From Takakia lepidozioides (lineage: Eukaryota; Plantae; Bryophyta): a stretch of DNA of 64,000 nt. The notes below the pieces were generated by a model. The model was given only the letters and a program-made list of their open reading frames with translations, had not been told where the DNA came from and did not search any database. Below are positions 38,630-50,700 of the stretch, piece by piece. Position 1 is the stretch's first letter. Each line of letters begins with the position of its first letter. The translations under genes were made by a program, and so were the position numbers. Where the stretch lies: the NCBI GenBank assembly GCA_030704615.1, contig CM060732.1, positions 74,524,001 to 74,588,000 on the forward strand. The letters run 5' to 3'.

Positions 38630-39321
38630 TTAGTACTTTTGGCATACCACACTTGGAAGTTGCAACTAATGCACAAATAAAACAAGCCGAAAACCGCGAG
38701 AGGCTCTATCCATTGAAGCAACAATTTTGACAAGTTGCCAAGTGGATTATACTTAAGAGTTTTCCAATCATAGTCTTGACACGGTGTAAGGTCCGTTGAC
38801 CACATTTTCTCCATTGACAAAGCCAAAAAAAGCTCAAATTAACCCTTAATTACCTATGCGACCCAACACTGTGTGAGAAAAAACCCTGCATTTTTTCAGA
38901 TTTTACATATTTAAAAAAAAATTGTCAATTATGTTTCTGACTAGATGGCCCACCCTATGGCCTTCAATGTCTTGAATTCAGATAAAAGCAACGCTTTAGA
39001 TTTGGGATTTTTGGAAATCCAGAGGTCATCTATTTCCATCTTCCATGTAGAGTTGACCATCTGCGTGGCCTCTTTCCATTGGGCATGCACAATCTGGCTC
39101 TGACGCCGGAGGTGGCCGTCAAGGCCTGTCCTCCCACCGTACACAGGGTGCAAAAGAATTTAGTTGACGTGGCCCTAAGGAAATTGCCGGAATCATCTGC
39201 CGGTGTAGGTAATTCTCAGCCTGAATCGCCCAAAACTTGTCGGTCTAATTTTTGCCTGACTTTTTCCTTATTCCACCAGTGGATTTTTTGAAAATTCGGC
39301 ATGCGTGTTATGTGGAGTGCA

Positions 39322-39495
39322 AAAAGGTGGACGCGTTGCCGAAGCAAGCATAACTTATGGTGCAAATTGACCCAGAAGAGCTACTGCCTTCCGGTAGGAA
39401 GGTGGACACCTTTGTAACAACCAACTGGGTGGTTTGAACCCACAACCACTCGTAAGAGGGTATATGCCCTTACCACTGGGCCACATGTTGGTTGT
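39322..39495 (-). mobile_element. tRNA-derived SINE, family 1
   Basis: A box TGGCCCAGTGG and B box GGTTCAAACC on the minus strand. TGTGGAGTGCA flanks it at 39311-39321 and 39493-39503. Confidence 0.85.
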
Positions 39496-40244
39496 GGAGT
39501 GCATATAGCATAGCCGCCGCCGGCGATTTCCAAAATACATTCTTTTTCTTGGTCAGAAATTTTGGGTGTGTCCATTTTGAAGTTCAAGCATATTCATGGC
39601 TTTTGAAAACCCCCCACTTCATGTACAAAGGGGCATTTAGAAAATTTGGGAATTTGGCCTTCAAAATTTTGGGAAACCCCTGTAACAAGTTTAGAAATGT
39701 GGATATGTCACTTTCATATGCAGCAAAAATCAACCTCTCAATCCATTTCTTTGGTCAAATCCAAAAAAACTTATTCTCAAAAACTTGAAAAAAAAAACCC
39801 TCACATTAAAACATTATAATCTTTGCAAATGTATGGTGAAATTCTCCAAGGATTAGGTGTGAGGATGTATGTGGTAGGTAGGGTCACTTCTGTAAGGTTC
39901 ATTTTTTTTTATGTAAATAGACAGGTAAGTAGACTACCTCTACTGGATAGAGGTGAGTGAATCTTGATAAAAGAAAAAACTATGTACACGCAATTAAGGG
40001 TTACGACACGCTCAATACATGGGCCACCAATGTAAAGACATCTTTTGGTCACATAAATATATCCCTCTCCATACCAAGGACGCTAAACCGTGAGCGGTGA
40101 GCGGTGAGCTGGAAATCGTGAGCCCATAATATAAATTATATATGATTATGAGCATGGATAGGTCGTCAAAACATTAAGAAAGGGGACGTATTTCCGTGGA
40201 TTACTGCATAACAACCCAGGAAGTCAAAAAATGACAATAGAAGG

Positions 40245-41375
40245 GTTACTGTCCCTGTTTTGCAAAAACATAAATTAAATTAATTAAATTAAATTAAAAA
40301 AACACTGTTGTCTGATATGCGTCGGCGCATACGAAATATGAGTGCCAATGTCCCATGTTTTGTAAAACTAAAAAATTAAAAAAACTAAAAACTAAAAAAC
40401 TAAAAATTATTATTATTATTATTTTTGAAAAAACAATGTTGTCTGGCGCATACGAAATATGAGGGCCACTGTCCCTGTTTAGTAGAACAAAAATTTAAAA
40501 AATAGTAAAAAATTGAGAATTAAAAAACAATTTAAAAAAAACACTGTTGTCTGATATGCACCGACGCATATGCAGTGTCCGGTTTTTTGTAAGACAAAAA
40601 TTTAAAAAAACATGTTAAAAAAATGATAATTTAAAAACAATTAAAATTTTTTGTTGTCTACATATGCGCCGGCGCATATGCAGTGAGGGCCACTGTCCCC
40701 TGTTCTGTTATATATATTAGAAAAATATTTTTTAAAAACAAATCCCGGTTGTCTGATATGCGCCGCCGCATATGCAGTGAGGGCCAATGTCCCCTGCTTT
40801 GTAAGACAAAACTTTTTAAAAATACTAAAAAGAAAGAGAATTAAAAAACAATTACAAAAACAGTGTGAGGGCAACTGCCCCTTGTTTTGTTTTGTTTTTA
40901 AATTAAAAATTAAAAACAAATATTTTAAAAAACAATTAACAAAACACTGTTGTCTGATATGCGCCGGCGCATATGCAGTGAGGGGAGGGCCACTGTCCCC
41001 TGTTTTGTAAAAACAAATTAAAAATTAAAAATTAAAAACATATATTATTTAAAAACAAAACAAAACAAAACAAAACACTGTTGTTTGATATGCGCCTGCG
41101 CATATGCAGTGAGGGCCACTGTCTCCTGTTTTGTAAAAAGAAAGAAAAATAAAAGAATTAAAAACATATATTAAAAACAATTATAAACAAAGCACTGTTG
41201 TGTGGTATGCGCCGGCGCATACGAAATATGACGGCCACTATCCCCTGTATTGAAAAAAATAAAAATAAAAATATCAAAAAATATTTAAAAAATATTTGTT
41301 CTAGAAAAAAACACTGTTGTCTGATATGCGCCAGCGCATACAAAATATGAGGGCGATTGTCCCTTGTTTTGCAAA
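40245..41375. repeat. Array of about 10 units: conserved 60-bp block with palindrome ATATGCGCCGGCGCATAT, separated by variable A/T-rich spacers
   Basis: Palindromes or partial units at about 40315, 40445, 40555, 40662, 40756, 40861, 40956, 41088, 41205 and 41324. Confidence 0.92.
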
Positions 41376-41494
41376 GAAAGAAAAAAAAAAAATCCCCCCG
41401 AGGAAACTGTTATGAGATTCATTCTTATTGAGGATGGTCTGCTGCACAGAATGAAACAGATGGATGGAATGGATGTAACAGATGTCATCTATAA

Positions 41495-41668
41495 GACAAC
41501 CAACATGTAGCCTAATGGTAAATGACACATACCACGTTGGATATGGTTGTGGGTTCAAACCACGGTCTAGTTTGTCATGAAGGTGTCTACATTCCTAGCG
41601 GAAGGCAGTAGCTCTTCGGGGTGAAGTGATTCCATAAGTTACGCTTCTTTCGGGAGGCATTATACTTT
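41495..41668 (+). mobile_element. tRNA-derived SINE, family 1, nested in the non-autonomous DNA transposon
   Basis: A box TAGCCTAATGG and B box GGTTCAAACC. Degenerate TSD TGTCATCTATAA (41483-41494) / TGTCATCTGCAA (41669-41680). Confidence 0.85.
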
Positions 41669-42237
41669 TGTCATCTGCAATGACTGAAAAATGGTTAATC
41701 ATTCCACGGAAAAAGGCCCTACAAGTTCGGAATTCCATGCTGACGTGGCGTGAGCTTATGCTGGGCTCACAGGCTCACAAGCTCATGCATCTAGGCTCAC
41801 GAAATAGCAACCCTGCTCTCCATACAACCCTCTATGCCTAACAACATCTCCAACACAAGACACATGGTGACACCTTCTTCTCAGCTAATGCACCCATTTG
41901 ATCATACAAGTCTAAAGATCACTCGTCGTAACCACTCAATTTGACACATTCACAACGGTCTACCTGTTTTTTGCCTTAACGTCTGATCGCTATCAAATTG
42001 AAGGCAAGACAAGAGAGTTTAGCCTCAAAGACGAAACACCTGATGGGCTATATTTTAAACGACACGGTTAACAGTAGTCTCGTATTTTCGAGGTATTATT
42101 CTTCATGTAGCTTCAATGCAATTTTAAAGAGAACGCAGGAAGCGTTGAGCCCACATACACTGTTATGATCTTCGTTTATGCTCGGACACGCTATGAACAA
42201 GGATCAAGCATGGGTTCCCCTGTGTTTGGATTGCTAA

Positions 42238-42420
42238 GACAACCAGCATGTAGCCCAGTGGTAATGAACACATACCACGTTGGATGTGGTTATGGGTTCA
42301 AACCACGGTCTGGTGTGTCATGAAGGTGTCCACCTTCCTAGCGGAGTGCAATAGCCATTTGGGGTGAAGTGACTCCATAAGTTACGCTTGCTTCGAGAGG
42401 CATCATAATTTTTTTTCTTT
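42238..42420 (+). mobile_element. tRNA-derived SINE, family 1, full length with T-rich tail
   Basis: A box TAGCCCAGTGG, B box GGTTCAAACC and a T tail. 13-bp TSD TTTGGATTGCTAA at 42225-42237 and 42421-42433. Confidence 0.9.
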
Positions 42421-43502
42421 TTTGGATTGCTAAAACAAACGACGATGCGTTATAGCTTAGTTGCAACGGCCCACGGTCGATTTTTTTTCTCAAGCGGCTA
42501 TTCAAGTCTAGCTGTGTGAATTCAGTTCGAGAAGTTACTAAGGTATCTTAGGCTCACTTTAAAAATCCAAAATTAGTTTACCCAGCAATTGTTATCGACT
42601 GGGATTTTTTTGTAGTAAGGATCTCAAACTAATATAACGGAGCCGTTATCGAACGTCGTTGGTGGGGAATCAAGCAACATTTCCACGGGGATTTGCGACT
42701 TAGTGTTTTTTCATGCATGGAGGTTGAACCCAACGGACCTGCGAGCATTTCAAGGGTATCCCAAGGGAATTTATGACCAAGTTTAAGGATTTTTTGTCAG
42801 TGTTTGCAACAACACCCATTTTTGGGGCTTTTCGGACATTCACGGCCACCCAAATTCAATTCGAGGGATTTTGAGGGGTTAAAATATGTAATCCCTAGGA
42901 CAGATGGTGGATGAATTTTATATCTACCAATTGAAAATGGATGATATCTTTCCTCATCCATGGATAGTTGGATATTCCATCCATCATTGTCTATTATTTT
43001 TATAGTATATAAGGCCCCCCCCCCAGCCTATTAAAGTCCCAAAATTAACAGGATAAACTTGATGGAACAAGACCTCTTAACGCAAGAGATCCCCTCACAG
43101 ACCCGTTAAAGCCGGTTAAATGATCATGGAGTATGTGAGAATCTGGTAGTAGGTGAGAGCTCCACACAACATTCCATTGCCATTGACCGTCACAGTAGAC
43201 AGATGTCTTCTAACCCAAACAAATTTTTCGTCCAATCCTCATCCATTTTAATCGTGAGCGAGTTCGAGAGAGAGACTCCAAAGTACGTACAGCTCGGCTC
43301 TCTGTGAGTATGTTTCTGAAGTCACCCTCGCGGTATAAGACCTGAAGTTCCCACCTCTTTTTTAGTTCAAGAAAGCAATCGTTCGGGAGGTTATCTCACT
43401 CCGAATCAGTGGAATGCAAATTTCCAGGTGCAACAGAAACAATTCAAGTGATTTTCATTTGGAAACAGTCTATGGATGATGGAAGACTATCAGGTGCCAC
43501 AT

Positions 43503-43525
43503 TCTCTCTCTCACTCTCTCACTCA

Positions 43526-43561
<36 letters not shown>

Positions 43562-43567
43562 CTCTCT
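43503..43567. repeat. Compound (CT)n/(CA)n microsatellite
   Basis: Directly visible in the sequence. Confidence 0.95.
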
Positions 43568-44899
43568 GGTAAAATATTTCAGGTGGAATAATGTGATTTT
43601 TTCGTATAGAGGTCCTGAAAATGATAAGTAGACACTTGTTGCAAAACGCCTTCCCTGGCCAGGGCCTTGTGGGATTTATTGAATGAATACAGGGTTTCAG
43701 AACCCTTACCTTGTAATTTAGTACTCGCTTTGCCTTCAAGAGATTTTCAGTAGAGCTGCGACCAGCAATTTTGCCTTCATTGGGTTGGAATGAGGAAATA
43801 ATGTACTCATAGGAAAGAGAAAGGGAGAGGGAGCATCACAATAGTGGGGATTGCCAAAGTTGGCCTTTCTCTTCTTGAGTCAAAGCATTGCCCTCTATGC
43901 ATAAGTGAGGAACTAGCATCACTTATAGTAATGGGTTCTGGTGTGTAGGTAACTGGAGCTTCTAGCGCATGCCAGCCCCAACTAAATATAGGCCAAATCG
44001 TCTTGACATGATGGACGTTGTTCTTCAACGGACCAGATTTAGGTTCACATGATTCTAGCAATTTTGTTTAATGTTTGACTGAACAGAGTTCATATTTGAG
44101 AGGCAATGCATTTTGTTGGAGGACTTTTTTATCGGTTTGCTTTTAATTTGTTGTTTAGTGCAATTTCCAATACCAAGGAGAGAAAAAAATGAATCAACAG
44201 TAAAAATGTACCTGAAATGATCTAATTTGTGTGGCAGCAGTATGCAGGACTTCTGGATTGGATACAAATTATTCTGCATTGGATATTATTCCCATAGCGA
44301 GATGCACAAGGAACAGTTTTTAGCAAGCAAAATGGGTTGGTCTTTGACATCCAATGTTTTTGCTGACCCTTGTGTTCATCCTACAATGTGAAATCTGCCT
44401 GAAAATGCTCTTTTCATCTGCTAATTGACAGGATCATGTTTGAATCTATTTTGACTTTGAGGCGGGCTATCTATGTAGGTCAAGTGGTCTCTGACCATTT
44501 AATGGTCTACCACGGCACGGACTGTACGAACCTTCGGTAAGCATGATTCCATTTTCAGATGTTATACATTATAGCTAAGAGAATAAAAAAACACATGTCC
44601 TCGGAGTTAAGCTCATTGAAGGGCACCTATGCTGATCTTCCGCATGCAGAGCATTGATGGAGCAATTTGAAGACATAGATAAGCTTTCTACAACTGAACA
44701 CGGCTCATTACTATTGCAAATGATCAAGGTGACATGTTTAAGCTGAATGTAATAGCTCCTTACATCATCAATCGTTACTTGTGGTTTTTGTTGGTATTGT
44801 TATGATATGTGCATGTTTTATGGGGGAGAATTTGGTATGAGCTGATGGGTTTTTCTCTTCGTTATTTTTCATTGCATGTAGGGTGATGACTATGGCCCG

Positions 44900-45500
44900 G
44901 ATTACATCTCTACAAGCCGACACATGAGATTCAACAAACGTCAGTGGGCAGGATGGTGGAGCCAGAGCCACGTGGCCCATCTGAGTCTAAGTGGTAACAC
45001 TCGTCTTCCAAGTATCACGTCAAGGGACTTAATTACCAACTAAATCCTGGCACCCAAATAGGAGGCCAAATAGGAGAATGTGCGGAATTAGATGTCTTGC
45101 TCATTTGCCAGATGAAACACCGACATATTCTGGATATCGCCGAGGAGTATAGAAACTTTTGGATAGCCACAAGGGTGGGCGTGGTAGTCATCGAGACCTG
45201 GCGCAGCCTCATCTCCTCATTTTTTGCTTTAACACACGTTGGTTGGGGTGTTGTCAGCCACCTTTTCTCGGATATCTTCACTTGGAGTCCTTGGTGGAGG
45301 CCCACTTGGCATGAACAATTAGCCTATTTGGACTGTTGCTCTCTATGTTGGTCTATAGCAGACGAGGGTATTAACCCCGTATTCATGAGGAGAGTGACAA
45401 AAGGTGTAGCTGCACCCCTTTTCTTCACCTGGCACTCATCACATCCTGACTTGTTCAAAGTTTGCCCAAGCCGAGATTTCAACCGCGCCTCATTTCTCGA
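44900..45500 (+). mobile_element. Possible decayed LINE ORF2 C-terminus
   Basis: The Trp-rich ORF 45097-45567 has ..IETWRSL..W..WW..LCWSI..VF, resembling the post-zinc-finger LWxIWxxRNxxVF region. Confidence 0.3.
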
Positions 45501-46499
45501 GTGGTTGTTTGGTCACATTTCCGATATATCATTGTGCGGGGCGGATCATCCAGTGCGTATTATTTAGCTCATCAATCCCCCGCGCTTCTACACTGATACG
45601 AGCTTTGATCATTGAGTTTATCTTGGCCCATCATTTGGAGTTAGCCAACGGGGTCAGCGCAGTGGAACGGACTGATTGGGACGTGGACGCGAGGCGACCT
45701 CCTCCACAAATCAGGGATAGTGAGAGACCTCTCCCATTGACCATTGATGATGATTTTACTTTAGAATTTCTTTCTACATAACATATGCATCTCACTTATG
45801 GGAGTGGATCTGCAGCAGGAAAGTCACCTAGTACTTCCCCGAGCTCTATTTCCCCTAGTTGTGAGGAGTCACAGCACTGCGCTTATGATTCTAATTTTGA
45901 TGAGAACATGAATGGGACGTGGGATTTTTTTGGTTTTTTTTTTTTTTTTTTTTTTTTTGTTTCTTTGAATGCATGCGACCGCCAATATTGGCAGTCGTAT
46001 GCATGCAAGAAAAAAGAAAAAATATCGCGATGTACATCATTACTAAAATAATTCAAACCCGTGGATTCACTCTTTGACAACCCTAGTTTGGATATATATT
46101 TTTCTAACTTTACACCACCCAATTATCAGTGATCATCACTGTTATTTTCATTGTCTTCATAATCCACTAGGGTAGCATGTGCTGTTGGCCCAAGTGTCCA
46201 GTGTCATCTAAGTCCAAGGGCAATCTCCCATGTATCCAAGTGTGTCGAGGCCCATGCGTGAAGAATTGAAATTGATATACTAAAATGAAGTTGCGTTTGT
46301 TTAGTTACAAACTTCAAAGAATGTGTGGTCCTAAGTTCTTTGACTACATAGTACGTGAACATTCATAGTGTGGACTGTGTCATTGAGCACATACTATATA
46401 GTCATTTTATATTCCAAAAAATACCAATTTATTTTTTTCATGAATTTATTGAATAGCAATATATGATATATCCAATCGTTGTCCCAAGAAAGCCCACTT

Positions 46500-46706
46500 T
46501 GCTATTTGCATGAATTTCCAGCGACCAAATGTATTTGAAATTCGACATCTCCCACACCGCAGGTCCAAAAATTATGAGACCAAGGTGCACCCCTCCTCAT
46601 CGAGGGCTTTCCGATGGTACCAGGCACTAGGACTGGGCCTGTGGCCCGCGGTTTAAGAAATCTCAACGCCACAAAACAAAACAAACAAACTACCTTGCTT
46701 CATATA
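46500..46706 (-). repeat. Interspersed repeat fragment (possible non-autonomous Helitron 5' end)
   Basis: GGTGCACC..CTCATCGAGGG(C/T)TTTCC..GGTACCA is shared with 33665-33703. The Helitron assignment rests on my recollection of moss repeats only. Confidence 0.4.
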
Positions 46707-47769
46707 TTGTGATTGGTTTTGATTCTTCATTCTGTAACATACAACAAACAATTATTGATTGTGATGTGTATTTAAGAAATTCATTGAATCTCTCGTAGCC
46801 ACCATACTAATATGTCAATCCAACTTGTATTTCGTTTAAATCACAAAGGCTCATCTAGCATTTAATATTCAACTGAATCCCCGTATTTCGCTAATATTGT
46901 GTTCCTTCTCTAATCTCAACCACCAAATCTCTTACATACTTCGTTTTATGAAGAAAACATAATAAGTTGTTTGAACATCTAGCTCAAAGGTGATCATGGC
47001 GATGTATGGAATATCACAAGGTCCATATAAAAATAATAATCTTGAAATACTTGACCAGTCCACTATATTGCTAAATATTAGAGTACTCTAAAACTTGACA
47101 AAGCTGATCACCAAGACCATCCTTGTTGGAGGTCTGAGCTATCAACTAGGCAGTAATAGCCACCAAAACCCGAGATCTGCCATTCTACAGCCATGAAGTC
47201 TATACTAAACACTATCCATAAATGTTTCTCGGCATTCCAATAGACAATACAGTAATAGTTAGCATCGCCACTACCTCGAGACCATTCTGCATCGAGGGTT
47301 AATGAAGTCTGATCTGGAAGAATCTGCAAATTGCACCAAAATGATATATTTAATTATAATCTAGAATTAACCTAAAAACTGAAGTTTACAACATAGTACA
47401 TTAATCTTAGCAAACTATGTTTACATAAAATTATAAAATTTATATGAAAGAATCTACATAAAGCATTCTAGCATGTCTCAAATCTCATAATTGAATAGTT
47501 TGCTTATGAATCAAACAATCTTCACATAAACCCGATTTAAGAATTAAAATATGTGGATGGGCTTACTATAAATATATAGCGACGGCTTGCTCTATACTAG
47601 GAGTTTGACAAAATAGATGTGGACCTCATTTTCAGAGCTTTTTGGGAGGCTAGTCGGTAATATTTTAGTGAGCCACCACCAAACTTTTATGAGTTATGAA
47701 TTTTTGGTGATTCGTCATGATTACTCAAATAATTATAAGTATTATAAGTATTATATTTTTTGGTTCCAA

Positions 47770-50700
47770 AGAGATGAGCACAGGGCAAGATTGCAAATAG
47801 GGAATTTGTTCCAAGAAGCAAGTTTCTTTAAGACTCAAGGGTACACTTGCACCAAGGCCAAGTACCCAGGGTTAAGGGAAGTTGGCCAAATATTGAACGT
47901 TTTGTTTGCCATGAAACAGAACCAGCAGTACCTTAGCAGATCATTCACGGAGGAGATACTGAAAGCCTTGAGGGGAGAGGATGTGGCTTGGGCGGAGTTG
48001 ATGTACAATGGTCTGGTGGAAGAGATGAAGCGGTTACAAGGCACTGCTGCTAAGTCTCCGATCATTGTGTCTAGCCCAATAATTGCGCAAATTATCCTTG
48101 ATTCTTGTTTACTTGATGCGCGAGAACGCAAGGAGATGGGAGTGTTTGAGACAGCCACAACTGCAATTGAGGAACAGGGCTCGTCTCAAGATGAAGGGGG
48201 ATTGGAGGGGCAGCACCAGTCCAAGAGACAGAAGCGGGATACGACTGTAGTGGCAGATCCACTAGCTTCAATGAAACCGCAAGATGATGTTTCCATAGCT
48301 CTTGTGCAGGATGAGGAACACCAGCACTGGGGGTTGTTATTGCTAGAGGCACGGCCTTTGGAGAGGGAGGAAGAAGTCACCTCAGTACCACAGCCGCCAC
48401 AGCCAGTTGACTCAGTTGTTCTATTGGTAACTCAGATAATACATGTTGTTACACCAGAGCCTATTGCTGTGGAAGGAGAAGGGTTGGACATCCCCACTAC
48501 AGAGCGGGTAGTGGCAGAAATTGAGAAGGGTGACCTTCTCTATGAAAACTCTGGCTTGGTCAGGGAACCAGTAGTACCAAAGATCCAGAGTTTGACCAAG
48601 GAAATCCCTACTATGCATGTCATGCCCGAACTTGTGGAGGAGGTTCCTGGGGTAGAATGTAAGGGCACTCCAGCACCTGTGGAGAATGAGGTCGTTCAGG
48701 AAGAAGATCTTGTGGGAACATGGCCTGAATGGTTGGTGAAACATCACACTGTGGAGAATCAGGGGGACCATCAACAAGTTTCCTATGAAGACCCACAGCA
48801 GGCCATGCTTATGAGTTCCATAAGCAGGACACTCAATTTGTTGGGCACTTATGTGAAATCTCATGTTCCTTCCACACAACTGGCAGCATTGAGGGAGGAG
48901 CTCAAACAAGAATTTGAGGCAAGAATCTGATTGAAGCAGGTCTGGAGCAGGAGAAGTTGCATGAAGTACATAAGCAACAGCTATATCGGTTGCAGGTGAA
49001 GCATGAGGGAAAATTGCAGGAAGTGAAGGTGCTTCATACAGAGTTGGAGGCAGTTCATCAGAAAATGACCATCCAATGTGCCACACTAACAACTGCTCTA
49101 GAGCAAACTGCATTAGAAGTTAACAGACAAACAGAGAGGTGTATGATGGTGGAGGCTGAAACAGTGGAGCAAGGGAAACTCATTGTTGACTTGAAGGCTA
49201 CTATCCGTCACAATGAGGATACTTTCCAACAGTATAGTCAGGTTGAGGCTGAGAAGGACAAGTACATCCTTGAGTTGCAGCAAATGCTCACATCACGAAA
49301 GAATGAGCTTTCTGTGACTACCAAGGCTTGGAAGGAAGCCAATAATCTGACTGCTGCCTATGTAGCCCTGGTTGAACCTCATGCGAAGCGCATGGAGGCT
49401 TTACAACAGCAGTTAGATATGTACAGACTCAAGGAGGAGCAGGCTCTCAGGGATACTACACAGGACTTGGTGGATAATCATTTTTTGCAGGTATGGTTAG
49501 CACAAGGGCCGGTGGAAGGGAAGGCACCAAGAAAGCTCACCCAGGGGGAGATGAATGATCTCAGGTTGCAGGCAGAACATTGCCACAACTACTATAGACA
49601 ATGTCCATAGTAGGATAGCGGAGTTACAGGATGATGTGGAAGGGCTGCAGACTCAAGTGGATGACTTGAGTTCCAACATTGACAAAAGAGTTTTTGTTCC
49701 TGAGGCAGAGCTGGAAGCTGCTTATTTGCATGCACGGACTTTGATTTTCCAATCTTCAACGTAGGAGGTGCAGGAATTGCCAGCAATAGGAGGGATAGTG
49801 GTGCCAGTATCACAGCCACCACAGCAGGTCGACATTGTTGATACCATGGCAATGCAGCCAGCTGAGGTTTGGGGGGATGTTGCTTTTAATCCACCTAGGA
49901 CTCCTGCTGCACTTGAGTACAATCGGGCTATGATTATGCCCTTCAACCAAATTCCCATTGTGCTGGATTTGGATTGGAAAGAATTCAGTCCTCCACAGTC
50001 TTTGGCACACTATTACCAGATCATGCGCATTTGGTTGCCAGTGGCAACTCGAACTAAGGTTCTTCCGAATAATTGACCCATTGAGGATCATCATTTTGCA
50101 AGGTATTGGTCTGAGGCAGGCACCATGCTGAGGGAATTAATTGCCTTCCAGGTTGTTCATGGGTACATCTACACCAAGACCAAGGAGGTATCTAGTTTGG
50201 TCATGGGCTGTGGATTATAATATGCTGCTTGTTTCATTACACGTTATCACATTGAGCAATAGAAGATGCAGTCAAGATTTTTGAGTTATTCCACTGGGGA
50301 TCATTGGGTCTTACCTTCAGTTCCCACCGATATGTATCTGTATGATGTGAAAGTCATGTTGCAGAATGATTCCCAACTTCGTTCATGGTTTAATTTGGCT
50401 TGGAACAACTTGGCCAAAGAAAAATTGGGCCCTGACGATATTTTTTATAAGGGACATGAAGCCTGGAAATACTTACACTGTTCCAAAGTCATTGGCACAC
50501 CTCTCACCTATACAGACAAGGAATTCAGGGAGTACACTCATTTTGCTTGCAAGCGATTGATGCAAGTAGTACAGTTTAAGCTGCCAAACATGGTGGGCCA
50601 ACATTGTATGCCACGCAGGATTCCTGAGACACCCAAGAAGATCATACCACTGAAAGGCCATATGGGGGAAGATGATTCTGATACTACTGGTTCTGAGAAG

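Larger units (their letters stand above)
40075..41815. mobile_element. Non-autonomous member of the TGAGC-ended Mutator-like family, with a 10-bp TSD
   Basis: TSD CTCTCCATAC at 40065-40074 and 41816-41825. Ends CAAGGACGCTAAACCGTGAGC and (rc) CAGGGTTGCTATTTCGTGAGC match at 15/21. GTGAGC/GCTCAC subterminal repeats. No coding capacity. Confidence 0.9.

Noticed and set aside
40245-41375. CRISPR array
   Set aside because: The spacers are low-complexity A/T runs resembling each other, there are no cas genes, the context is eukaryotic, and the array lies inside a TSD-flanked transposon.
42238-42320. Functional tRNA gene
   Set aside because: A and B boxes are present, but there is no convincing acceptor stem. 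It continues into a shared body with a T tail and TSD, so it is a SINE.
43300-44760. Possible spliced host gene (exon-like pieces with GT/AG ends)
   Set aside because: No consistent reading frame or recognisable domain could be assembled.
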